Positions 23,471 to 31,498 of a DNA stretch of 32,000 nt are shown piece by piece. The translations under genes were made by a program, and so were the position numbers. The stretch covers positions 90,001-122,000 of the forward strand of contig JAPLKZ010000010.1 in NCBI GenBank assembly GCA_026387835.1. Direction: 5' to 3'. The stretch is from Candidatus Saganbacteria bacterium (lineage in GTDB: Bacteria; Margulisbacteria; WOR-1; JAKLHX01). The notes beneath the pieces are model-generated. The model ran no database searches. It was not told the DNA's origin and saw only the letters and a program-made list of their open reading frames with translations. How positions within the stretch are numbered: the first letter of the stretch is position 1; every line of letters begins with the position of its first letter.

Positions 23471-25123
23471 TTATTTGTTTCTCACGAACACCTTCTCGAT
23501 ATTTAAAAACAACCCTGCCGGCCCCGGCTTTGAAAGCCCCCCTACCCTGTTTGATACCGCCACCACACTTTTCGGATACCATAAGAATATGTACGGCTGG
23601 TCGTCTGCTATGATCCTTTGAAGTTTTTGATATATTTCTTTTCTTTTTTCTTTTGCCACCGTTACCCTGCCAAGCTCTAAAAGTCTGTCAACTTCTTTAT
23701 TATTGTATTTAATGAAATTCAAGCCGGATGGATACTGGCTTGAATGCCAGATGCTGTACGAGTCGGGATCTATCCCGAGCGACCATCCGATGATCACGCT
23801 GTCAAAATTTTTCGGGTCCTTGGGAGAATTGATTATCTTAAGAAGCGCGCTCCATTCCATCACTCTGATGTCCACTTTCACGCCGATCTTCTTGTACTGC
23901 CACTGAAGAACGACAGCGGCTTTCTCCCTTTCCTTGTTTCCCTGGTTGACGAGAATTGTGAACTCAAGAAGCTTCCCGTTCTTCATGCGCCGTTTGCCGT
24001 CATCCGCGTATTTCCATCCCGCTTCATTGAGTAATCTCTCCGCTTTCTTGAGGTCATACCGGTATTTATTCACATTATTTTCATAGACCCAGGAGACAGG
24101 CGCGCTTGGGCTGTACGCGGGTGCCGCGAGGCCGCGGAAAATAAGATCTGCAAGCTGGGATTTATCCGTCGCATAAGCGAGGGCTTGCCGGACTTTTTTA
24201 TCCTTGAACAGCGGGTTTGTGAGATTGAGCCCCAAATAGGTATATGTCAGTGAATCGTACTCAAAGACGTTCACCCCCGGCATTTTTTTTATCCTCGAAT
24301 AGTCTTTGGGAGGAATATCGCTTTCATCGACTTCGCCGGCTTCAAGTGCGATAAGCCTTGAATTCTCGTCGGGGATTATCTTAAATAATACCGATGAAAG
24401 AAGAGGGCTGCCTCCGTAGTATTTTTCATTCCTCACCAGTGTCACATGGTCCCCCGACACCCATTCTTTAAAAATGAAAGGCCCTGTCCCTACCGGATGC
24501 TGGTTGAAAGAGGCCGAGTTGATGTCCTTTCCGCGCAAAATATGCCCCGGAAGAATGCCCATGCCCATGCTCGCAAGAAAAGGAGCGAACGGTTTGGGAA
24601 GTATGGCTTGCATTATATAAGGTCCGGCAACATTGAACTTTATCGGCTTTCCGTCGATCATGTAATCGCCCCTGCGGACCGAATTTACTTTCGGGTCAAG
24701 GATGGAATTAAAGGTGAATTTGACGTCCTGCGCGGTGAATTTTTTGCCGTCATGCCATAAGACATCATCCCTTAAATAGAAAATGTAGACCCTCCCGTCT
24801 TTTGAAACGGTCCACTTCCTTGCAAGGTCCGGGATTATTTCAAGGCGTTCGTTCACTTTTGTAAGGCCCGAATATATGGGCCCCTCGACAGCCGAAGAAG
24901 AGCTGTCGGAAGACAGTACCGGGTTGAGAATGGATATCTCGCCGCCAAGACAGAAGACCAGAGTGCCGTTCTTATCGATTTTTGTTTTTCCGTCGTTGGC
25001 GGCTGTATTGTTTTCACATAAACTTGTCGTCTGACGGCATCCCAGGATGCCTAATAAGATCAGGATAAATATTGCTTTTACTGCTGTTTTCAACGGAAAT
25101 GCCCTTCCTGCCTTTTTATCCAA
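23471..25123 (-). CDS. ABC substrate-binding lipoprotein, family 5 (peptide/nickel)
   Basis: 550 aa. The TTG start lies 5 nt after the pilin stop. It carries the lipobox LLGILGC and shows SBP_bac_5-like features (WHDGKKFTAQDVKFTF, GTGPFIFKEW). Confidence 0.88.
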   Translation of the reverse strand: MDKKAGRAFPLKTAVKAIFILILLGILGCRQTTSLCENNTAANDGKTKIDKNGTLVFCLGGEISILNPVLSSDSSSSAVEGPIYSGLTKVNERLEIIPDLARKWTVSKDGRVYIFYLRDDVLWHDGKKFTAQDVKFTFNSILDPKVNSVRRGDYMIDGKPIKFNVAGPYIMQAILPKPFAPFLASMGMGILPGHILRGKDINSASFNQHPVGTGPFIFKEWVSGDHVTLVRNEKYYGGSPLLSSVLFKIIPDENSRLIALEAGEVDESDIPPKDYSRIKKMPGVNVFEYDSLTYTYLGLNLTNPLFKDKKVRQALAYATDKSQLADLIFRGLAAPAYSPSAPVSWVYENNVNKYRYDLKKAERLLNEAGWKYADDGKRRMKNGKLLEFTILVNQGNKEREKAAVVLQWQYKKIGVKVDIRVMEWSALLKIINSPKDPKNFDSVIIGWSLGIDPDSYSIWHSSQYPSGLNFIKYNNKEVDRLLELGRVTVAKEKRKEIYQKLQRIIADDQPYIFLWYPKSVVAVSNRVGGLSKPGPAGLFLNIEKVFVRNK

Positions 25124-25128
25124 TTATA

Positions 25129-25551
25129 TCAGTCCAGGTTCGTCAGTTCCTGCACTTTTGATGTCCCGTTCTTTTTATATCCCGTGATCGTGTAGCCGTT
25201 CTTTGCCGCATCATACGTGTAAATTATTTTCCCAGCGGTATCTGACGCGGCATAAGCTTTTCCGGTAAAAGGGTTTTTGGGAACCGTGGTGTACCCTATT
25301 GCGCTAAGATAATTTTCGTAAAGAGTCTTTATCGGAATCTCCGTTGCGATGGGGAACGTCTCGTTCTCCATATTATAGGATTCTACGGCCAGCTGCACGG
25401 AATGCATCACCGATTTCACTCCGGCTTCCTTTGCTTTATCCTGCACGCCTACAAAAGTCGGCAGTAAAAACGCGGCAAGCATTCCGATGATCCCTATCAC
25501 TACCAGAAGTTCTATCAAAGTGAAACCTTTTTTTCTCTTCACTTTCATCAC
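25129..25551 (-). CDS. Orphan type IV pilin / pseudopilin
   Basis: The cleavage motif is KRKKG|FTLIELLVVIGIIGMLAAFLLP. The track starts at GTG 25551, which abuts the SD. ATG 25548 or, more likely, GTG 25542 (8 nt after GGAGG, giving MKRKKGFTLIE) is the real start. Confidence 0.88.
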   Translation of the reverse strand: MMKVKRKKGFTLIELLVVIGIIGMLAAFLLPTFVGVQDKAKEAGVKSVMHSVQLAVESYNMENETFPIATEIPIKTLYENYLSAIGYTTVPKNPFTGKAYAASDTAGKIIYTYDAAKNGYTITGYKKNGTSKVQELTNLD

Positions 25552-25569
25552 CTCCTTTCTTTATTGACC

Positions 25570-25626
25570 ACCCTCTCCCTCTCGCCCTGAGCCTGCCGAA
25601 GGGCTGGGAGAGGGAAGGGTGAGGGT
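25570..25626. repeat. GC-rich REP-like stem-loop between the GspF-like gene and the pilin
   Basis: The left arm is ACCCTC-TCCCTCTC-GCCC (25570-25587). It pairs with GGGC (25601-25604), GAGAGGGA (25608-25615) and GAGGGT (25621-25626), giving 18 bp with two bulges. No U-tract follows on the transcribed (minus) strand. Confidence 0.7.
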
Positions 25627-26612
25627 TATAAACTTCCCATTATCTTCATCATCGGAGAGAACATCTGTATCACCACAAAGCCGACGACCGCTCCTACCAG
25701 TACTGTCGACAACGGTTCGACGAGCAGGGTAGCGGCTTTTATGTTCTCGTGCGCCTCTTCTTCAAGGATGTCGGCGGATCCTTCTAAAACATCTTCAAGG
25801 CAGGCGGATTCCTGCGCGGCAGCAAGGATCCTTGTCATATCGCTGTCAAAACACTTTTCGCCCCTGAAAGCATCCGACGGCGTGCAGCCGGACGATATTT
25901 TTTCGGCTACTTTTTGGAGCGCGCTTTTATATGTGACCGGCTTTACGGATTTTTCGGCATGCCCGAGCGCTTCCAGGAACGGCATCCCGGACCTCAGAAG
26001 CATGGAAATGTTCCTGCAGATCATGGAAGTCTCCAGTTTTGCCGCGATCTTCCCGAAGAAAGGGATATTATATTTAACGAATTCCAACTCCCTGCGGAAC
26101 ATCCCTTTGCTGGTGCAGAATGACAACACCGATATCGCAAAGATAATGACAATTCCGATCAGAGGCGTCATCTTTGAGATATTGCTCATGACTGCCAGCG
26201 ATCTTGGCGGCGGCATCCCGAAAGAAATAAATATCTCGTTCATTTTGGGGATGCCTACAACTATGAAACCTATAAGCGTCATAAGGCTTGCCGAAAGTAC
26301 TATCAGCGGATAAGCTAATGCTTTTGTCAGTTTGCTTCTAAATTCTTTTTTTCTTTCGAGGATCTGCGCGGCTTTCAGGAACATTGTGTCCAGCTCCCCT
26401 GTCCTCTCTCCTATTCTGACCAGGTCAATTACATCCCGGGAAAAGTACTGCTCTATCGAATCTGAGACGGCCTTTCCGTCCATTATCATCTCTGCCGCTT
26501 TTTCCGGAATATCGGCGATACCAAGAGCCTTTGCGAGCGGCACGCCTCCCTTGATAAGCCGCGACATCTGCCTGCATATCTTGATCTGTTCTTTTATGGA
26601 TAATTGTTTCAT
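25626..26612 (-). CDS. Short GspF/PilC/ComGB-like platform protein
   Basis: 328 aa. It has two T2SSF repeats (MSRLIKGGVPLAKALG...IGERTGELDTMF and ISMLLRSGMPFLEALG...AAQESACLEDVL) and 3 TM segments. It lacks the N-terminal roughly 70 aa of the 407-aa PilC. The ATG directly abuts the tatD stop (TAAATG). Confidence 0.88.
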   Translation of the reverse strand: MKQLSIKEQIKICRQMSRLIKGGVPLAKALGIADIPEKAAEMIMDGKAVSDSIEQYFSRDVIDLVRIGERTGELDTMFLKAAQILERKKEFRSKLTKALAYPLIVLSASLMTLIGFIVVGIPKMNEIFISFGMPPPRSLAVMSNISKMTPLIGIVIIFAISVLSFCTSKGMFRRELEFVKYNIPFFGKIAAKLETSMICRNISMLLRSGMPFLEALGHAEKSVKPVTYKSALQKVAEKISSGCTPSDAFRGEKCFDSDMTRILAAAQESACLEDVLEGSADILEEEAHENIKAATLLVEPLSTVLVGAVVGFVVIQMFSPMMKIMGSL

Positions 26613-27377
26613 TTAGGAAAGTTTAAAAAACGCCTCGGCGTTTCTTGAAGTTCTTTCGGCTATAATTTCGACCGGGATATTTTTTATTTCGGCCAGTTTT
26701 TCCGCAACGGACCGGACATAAGACGGCTCGTTCCTTTTTCCCCGCATCGCCTGCGGCGCAAGATACGGACAGTCGGTCTCGAGCATGATACTCTCAAGCG
26801 GCACATATCCGGCCACTGTCCGCACATTGTGAGCGTTCTTGAACGTTATCACCGCGGTGAAAGATACCATTAACCCCATTTCCAGGACCTTTGCGGCAAA
26901 CTCCCTGTCTGAAGAAAAACAGTGGAATACACCTTTGATCCTGCCCTGGCCGTGTTCTTTTATGATCTCGATCATGTCGCCGTCCGCGTCCCTGCCGTGG
27001 AAGATAAGCGGGAGACCGAGCTCTTTTGCCAGCTCGATATGTCGGGCAAAAGCTTTTTTCTGAACTTCTTTAGGTACCGGGTTCTCAAAATAATCAAGCC
27101 CCGTCTCTCCTATAGCCACGACTTTATTATTTGCGGCAAGCTCTCTTAATCCGTTTATAGACGCGTCATCGACAAAGTCCGCGTGATGAGGATGTATCCC
27201 CACCGAGGCAAAGATCATGTCATGCTCTTTTGCCAGACTAACACTTTTTTTTGACGATTCGAGATCAAAGGAAGCATTTATTATTTTAGTGACGCCGTTG
27301 TCCTTTGCTCTCTTCAGGACTTCAGGGAGGTCGGTAAATTCATCCATCGTAAGATGCGCGTGAGTGTCGATATACAT
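26613..27377 (-). CDS. tatD: TatD-family metal-dependent hydrolase/DNase
   Basis: 254 aa with motifs MYIDTHAHL, GIHPHHA, AIGETGLDY, HCFSS and ETDCPYLAP. Confidence 0.92.
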   Translation of the reverse strand: MYIDTHAHLTMDEFTDLPEVLKRAKDNGVTKIINASFDLESSKKSVSLAKEHDMIFASVGIHPHHADFVDDASINGLRELAANNKVVAIGETGLDYFENPVPKEVQKKAFARHIELAKELGLPLIFHGRDADGDMIEIIKEHGQGRIKGVFHCFSSDREFAAKVLEMGLMVSFTAVITFKNAHNVRTVAGYVPLESIMLETDCPYLAPQAMRGKRNEPSYVRSVAEKLAEIKNIPVEIIAERTSRNAEAFFKLS

Positions 27378-27388
27378 ATGCTTTGGGA

Positions 27389-28882
27389 TTAGTCCTGTTT
27401 TTCGATCCTGGGAAAAAGCGGTTTTCCTTTATTGATCTTTTCTGAACCCGGTTCAAGGCCAAGCTGTTTTTTCATTTCCACGCAGGTTGAGGGCATGAAA
27501 GGCGCTATCAGGTCGGATACCACCTTCAAGACCTCGAACAGATTGCCGAGGACTGTTGAGAGCTCTTCTTTTTTACCGTTCTTTGCAAGAGACCAGGGAG
27601 CCTGTTTCTCAATATAATTGTTTGAAAGACTTATCAGGTCGAATATACACGACAGCGCCTCGGTCAAAGCGATCTTGTCCATGCATATTGCATATTTTCT
27701 CGGCGTGTCTTTGATTAGCTCTGTCATCTCCCTGTCCAGACCGTTCATTTTATCGTTTTTTTGAGAAGGGACTTTCCCGTCAAAATATTTCTCTATCATT
27801 GTCAGCGTCCTGCTCAAAAGATTGCCAAGATCGTTCGCGAGATCGGCATTATAGCGTTTTATCAGATTTTCCCTTGAATAATCGCCGTCAACTCCGAAAG
27901 GCACTTCCCTTATCAGAAAATATCTCACGCCGTCAAGGCCGAATTCCTGTGACAGGGCTATCGGATCGACAACGTTGCCTTTTGATTTGCTCATCTTGCC
28001 GCCCTCGACCGTCCACCAGCCGTGTCCGAATACTTTTTCAGGCAACGGCAGGTCCAGAGCCATCAGCATCGCCGGCCAGATGACGGCATGGAATCTCACG
28101 ATCTCTTTTCCCATGAGATGAAGGTCCGCGGGCCATAGTTTTTTGAATCTTTCTTCGTCCCATGTATAGCCTATGGCGGAAATATAGTTTATCAGCGCGT
28201 CGAACCACACATATATGACATGCTTAGGGTCAAATGGCACCGTGACACCCCACGAAAAATTGGTCCTGCTCACATTGATGTCCTTGAGCCCGCTCTCGAT
28301 GAAACGCATGACCTCGTTCCTTCTTGACTGAGGGCAGATAAAGTCGCTGTGGCTTTCAATATATTTGAGCAGCCCGTCCTGATATTTTGACAGTTTGAAG
28401 AAGTAGGCTTCTTCTTTCGTATTTTTCACGGGTCTTCCGCAATCCGGACAGTTTTCTTTTCCGTCAAGCTGGAAAGCCGTCCAGTACGATTCGCACTGAG
28501 CGCAATACCACCCTTCGTACTCGCTTAAATATATATCGCCTTTTTCATGAAGTTTCTCGAATATCTTCTGCACGGTCTCCTCGTGACGGCTGTCCGTGGT
28601 CCTGATAAAACCGTCGTAAGTTATGCCCAGTTTTTTCCACGCTTCGATGAACTTTTGTGCCATTATGTCCACATGCTCTTTCGGCGACCTGCCCGCTTCT
28701 GCTGCTGCCTGAGCAATTTTCATGCCATGTTCGTCGGTCCCGGTCAAAAAGAACACCTTATATCCCTGGCTTCTCTTCCATCTCGCAAGTACATCCGCAG
28801 CAATTTGAGTATAACTATGCCCGATATGGGGCACATCATTCACGTAATAAACGGGTGTTGTAATGTAGTATTTAGACTTCAT
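27389..28882 (-). CDS. metG: Methionine--tRNA ligase (short form, no C-terminal tRNA-binding domain)
   Basis: HIGH motif PHIGHSYT, KMSKS motif KMSKSKGN, and Zn knuckles CAQCESY...CPDCGRP. I prefer the start at ATG 28882 (MKSKYYITTP) over the track's TTG 28888. Confidence 0.95.
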   Translation of the reverse strand: MKSKYYITTPVYYVNDVPHIGHSYTQIAADVLARWKRSQGYKVFFLTGTDEHGMKIAQAAAEAGRSPKEHVDIMAQKFIEAWKKLGITYDGFIRTTDSRHEETVQKIFEKLHEKGDIYLSEYEGWYCAQCESYWTAFQLDGKENCPDCGRPVKNTKEEAYFFKLSKYQDGLLKYIESHSDFICPQSRRNEVMRFIESGLKDINVSRTNFSWGVTVPFDPKHVIYVWFDALINYISAIGYTWDEERFKKLWPADLHLMGKEIVRFHAVIWPAMLMALDLPLPEKVFGHGWWTVEGGKMSKSKGNVVDPIALSQEFGLDGVRYFLIREVPFGVDGDYSRENLIKRYNADLANDLGNLLSRTLTMIEKYFDGKVPSQKNDKMNGLDREMTELIKDTPRKYAICMDKIALTEALSCIFDLISLSNNYIEKQAPWSLAKNGKKEELSTVLGNLFEVLKVVSDLIAPFMPSTCVEMKKQLGLEPGSEKINKGKPLFPRIEKQD

Positions 28883-28890
28883 ATTCAAAA

Positions 28891-28899
28891 ATTATATCA
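28891..28899 (-). promoter_or_regulatory. Extended -10 element TGaTATAAT upstream of metG
   Basis: On the minus strand, TG lies at 28899-28898 and TATAAT at 28896-28891. The ATG at 28882 is 8 nt downstream with no SD, and the -35 box is weak. Confidence 0.35.
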
Positions 28900-28974
28900 C
28901 TTTTATGGGTGCTTGCACCGAGCGAAGGAGCAATAGCGACTGAGTCGAGGTGTCGAAAATCCCTACACTCTATC

Positions 28975-30108
28975 CTAATTTTCTACAGGGAATAATATCC
29001 TGACATGCGTCACGTTCTTCAGCGCGGTGTTCGCCCAGTCGGGAAGCTGCTTGCGCAGATCAGGATCGATCCAGAGCCGCGGCATCGGCTGCCAGCCGAT
29101 ATCATTGATCTTGACTTCTACGAGAAATCTTTTTAAAAGGTCCTCGCTCCATGTCTTTGAATCCAGGTCCATCGGCTTATATCTGGGCTGAAGATAGAGT
29201 GAAAATAACGGTGGCTGGCCTTCAAGGGTCTTTCCAAATATCGATGTCGGCCCTATAACCATCCACTGCGTCATGATCCTTGCGTTCAACATCTCCGGGC
29301 TCATCCCGTGCCTTGATGGGATTATCTGGAAACCTCCGACCCTTCCCATAGGAGATGTTGAAACATCTATCACGCCCGTATGGTTTGCCCTAATGCGGCC
29401 CACATCGGCAAATTGGGTCCCCTGAAAACGCCCGATGCCCTGTACCGGCTTTAAGACTTCTCCTATCACGCTTTCCTCGTCTCCGCCGTAGTCTATACGT
29501 ATCTTCCCTCCGAATTTATTCTCAAATATGATCGCTCTCGGGTAAGAAACAGGCCTTATGACAGAAATAATTATCGTTTGGCCTATATTAGGCACATAAC
29601 CTTCCGTGATCTCCTTTATTTCTTTAAACTCATCTATGTAGCTGACGGGATTGCCTACTATCGGCGCAAAATCCCCGCCGAATATGGAGGTGCCTGCCGG
29701 AATATTTGTATATATCGAAGAATCCGGGCTCAGGAAAGAATTATAATATTCCGGAGGGTTCAGCATATCGGCCGGTATTATCGAAAATACCACGCCTTTG
29801 CCCTCTTCGGTGTTGGTCCCCGTCCTTATATGTATAGCATTGACCGCCGTTGCCGCGACAGCTCCGACACTAGCCCATTTGCTTGCAGTGTAACCGTCCC
29901 TGTTGACCTTCTGGCACGGATACAGGACTTTTCCGACTGCTTCCCAGCTGTTGCCTCCGTCCCTGCTCACTGCAACAATGCCGTTCTGCCTGTTCTCTAC
30001 GGATATCCTGTAGATCTCCGCGGACTTCACTGTCTTCTCAGCGGCGAACGAGATATGATACAGGATCAAGATCATTAAAAACGACAGCAATAATATTTTT
30101 TTCTTCAT
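28975..30108 (-). CDS. Secreted hypothetical protein (377 aa) with a single Asp-box-like motif
   Basis: The signal peptide is MKKKILLLSFLMILILYHISFA|AEK. SRDGGNSW fits the S-x-D-x-G-x-(T/S)-W pattern. I recognise no other family motif. The start lies 1 nt after the upstream permease stop. Confidence 0.75.
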   Translation of the reverse strand: MKKKILLLSFLMILILYHISFAAEKTVKSAEIYRISVENRQNGIVAVSRDGGNSWEAVGKVLYPCQKVNRDGYTASKWASVGAVAATAVNAIHIRTGTNTEEGKGVVFSIIPADMLNPPEYYNSFLSPDSSIYTNIPAGTSIFGGDFAPIVGNPVSYIDEFKEIKEITEGYVPNIGQTIIISVIRPVSYPRAIIFENKFGGKIRIDYGGDEESVIGEVLKPVQGIGRFQGTQFADVGRIRANHTGVIDVSTSPMGRVGGFQIIPSRHGMSPEMLNARIMTQWMVIGPTSIFGKTLEGQPPLFSLYLQPRYKPMDLDSKTWSEDLLKRFLVEVKINDIGWQPMPRLWIDPDLRKQLPDWANTALKNVTHVRILFPVEN

Positions 30109-30109
30109 G

Positions 30110-31402
30110 TTAGAAATATCTGAAGGCCGCTATTGCAAGTCCGGCTACCGCCAATATCCATATGTATAATATCGTCCTTTTCAGGATATCCTGGACGTTG
30201 ATGTTCAAATAATTCGCTATCCAGACGTTCTGCGTGTTAGTCGGGTCGCATACGCCCTGTATCTGGCCGACGCTCATCAGGGCCGCCATTATAGCTACGG
30301 GAGGCATGACATTTGAGGTGACCATGAGCCCGATAAGTCCCGCGCCCATTCCCCAGATATTCAACGGTCCCCTGTACAGTGTGAGCGGTGAAAGCACTGC
30401 AAAGAACAGGACATAATACAGCGGGCTTGAGGGAAGTATCTTTACCAGCACGGGGGAAAGAGATGACGTGACATTCGGGTTCATCACTGCATTGAGAAGC
30501 ATGCCGATCCCTATTATCAAAGCGACGGCAGGGCCGACAGAGTTGATCCCTTCATATATAGATCTGCTCAGGAGATTTACGCTGTCTTTCCTGAGTGTCG
30601 TCAGGAATCCGTATAAAAGCCCGATCACCATCGCTGTTATTATTGGGAATTCATAAGGATTTGCGGGTTTTGCTAAAATATTGTAGACCGAAAAGCCAAG
30701 TACAAGGACCAGAGGTATCACGGGCGTCAGGGCCGCGTACCAGGAAACGAACTTTGGTCTTTCTTCCTCAGTTTTTTCTGTCCATCCTATCGAAGTCCCG
30801 TGCCTTTTTATTTCTATGAAAAGGAACAGCACCGTGACAACAGAAAAACACAGGCCCAGAGGTATCGCGAACCTGAATATCTGGTCCTGCGAAAGCCCCA
30901 GGACGCTTATATAAAGCTGCCAGTTGATCAGGTTGAATATCCCGCCAAGGCTCATCCCGATCAGAAAGACACAACCTGTGACTATCCTGGGCAGCCCGAT
31001 CGAAAGCATTATAGGAAGCACTATCGTCGCGACCATTATCACCGAGCCAAGCCCTCCGAGGACCGAAAAAAGCACCGCCACCACCGCGGTGAGGACTATT
31101 GACACAAGAAAAGGATTGTCGCCCGATAGTTCGGCGACTTTCTTTATAAGTGTTTCCGCGATGCCGGACCTGCTCACGAACTGTGAGAGCATGGAACCGA
31201 AAATAATGACGATTATCGGTGTGCTCAGACGCGTCGCGCCGTCAGCGATCACTTTTGTCGAGACATCGGCCGGCGACAGGCCCGAGACAAAAGCTATCAG
31301 GACCGCCATCACCGGGAGTGCTATCAAGGCCGGGACTTTGTTCAGGTACATAAGGACGGCGAAAATGATGAAGATAAGGAAGATGACAGAAAAAAGTATC
31401 AT
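30110..31402 (-). CDS. Ion-transporter (IT) superfamily permease, GntP/CitMHS/DctM-like
   Basis: 430 aa and highly hydrophobic, with about 12 TM segments. The N-terminal architecture (short TM, then ...IIFGSMLSQFVSRSGIAETLIKKV...) is that of anion:cation symporters of this superfamily. The substrate cannot be determined from sequence. Confidence 0.75.
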   Translation of the reverse strand: MILFSVIFLIFIIFAVLMYLNKVPALIALPVMAVLIAFVSGLSPADVSTKVIADGATRLSTPIIVIIFGSMLSQFVSRSGIAETLIKKVAELSGDNPFLVSIVLTAVVAVLFSVLGGLGSVIMVATIVLPIMLSIGLPRIVTGCVFLIGMSLGGIFNLINWQLYISVLGLSQDQIFRFAIPLGLCFSVVTVLFLFIEIKRHGTSIGWTEKTEEERPKFVSWYAALTPVIPLVLVLGFSVYNILAKPANPYEFPIITAMVIGLLYGFLTTLRKDSVNLLSRSIYEGINSVGPAVALIIGIGMLLNAVMNPNVTSSLSPVLVKILPSSPLYYVLFFAVLSPLTLYRGPLNIWGMGAGLIGLMVTSNVMPPVAIMAALMSVGQIQGVCDPTNTQNVWIANYLNINVQDILKRTILYIWILAVAGLAIAAFRYF

Positions 31403-31410
31403 GATTAGAG

Positions 31411-31439
31411 ATTATAACATGATATATATTAAGTGTGAA
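31411..31439 (-). promoter_or_regulatory. Putative sigma-70 promoter TTCACA-N17-(TGt)TATAAT of the permease operon
   Basis: On the minus strand, TTCACA lies at 31439-31434 and TATAAT at 31416-31411. The ATG at 31402 is 8 nt downstream, with no SD. Confidence 0.45.
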
Positions 31440-31451
31440 GAATTCTTCAAT

Positions 31452-31478
31452 AAAAAAGGCCGGACAAGCCGGCCTTTT
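31452..31478 (-). terminator. Rho-independent terminator of the upstream (partial) gene
   Basis: The stem is GGCCGG (31458-31463) / CCGGCC (31469-31474) with a 5-nt loop. On the minus strand it is followed by TTTTTT (31457-31452). Confidence 0.65.
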
Positions 31479-31498
31479 AACAAAGTTAAATTATCCCA

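Noticed and set aside
26613-27377. TatD as a dedicated DNA-uptake nuclease for the adjacent ComGB/ComGC-like pair.
   Set aside because: metG-tatD adjacency is a conserved housekeeping arrangement in many bacteria. TatD's presence is therefore explained without invoking competence. Only the tight coupling to the GspF-like gene is retained as an observation.
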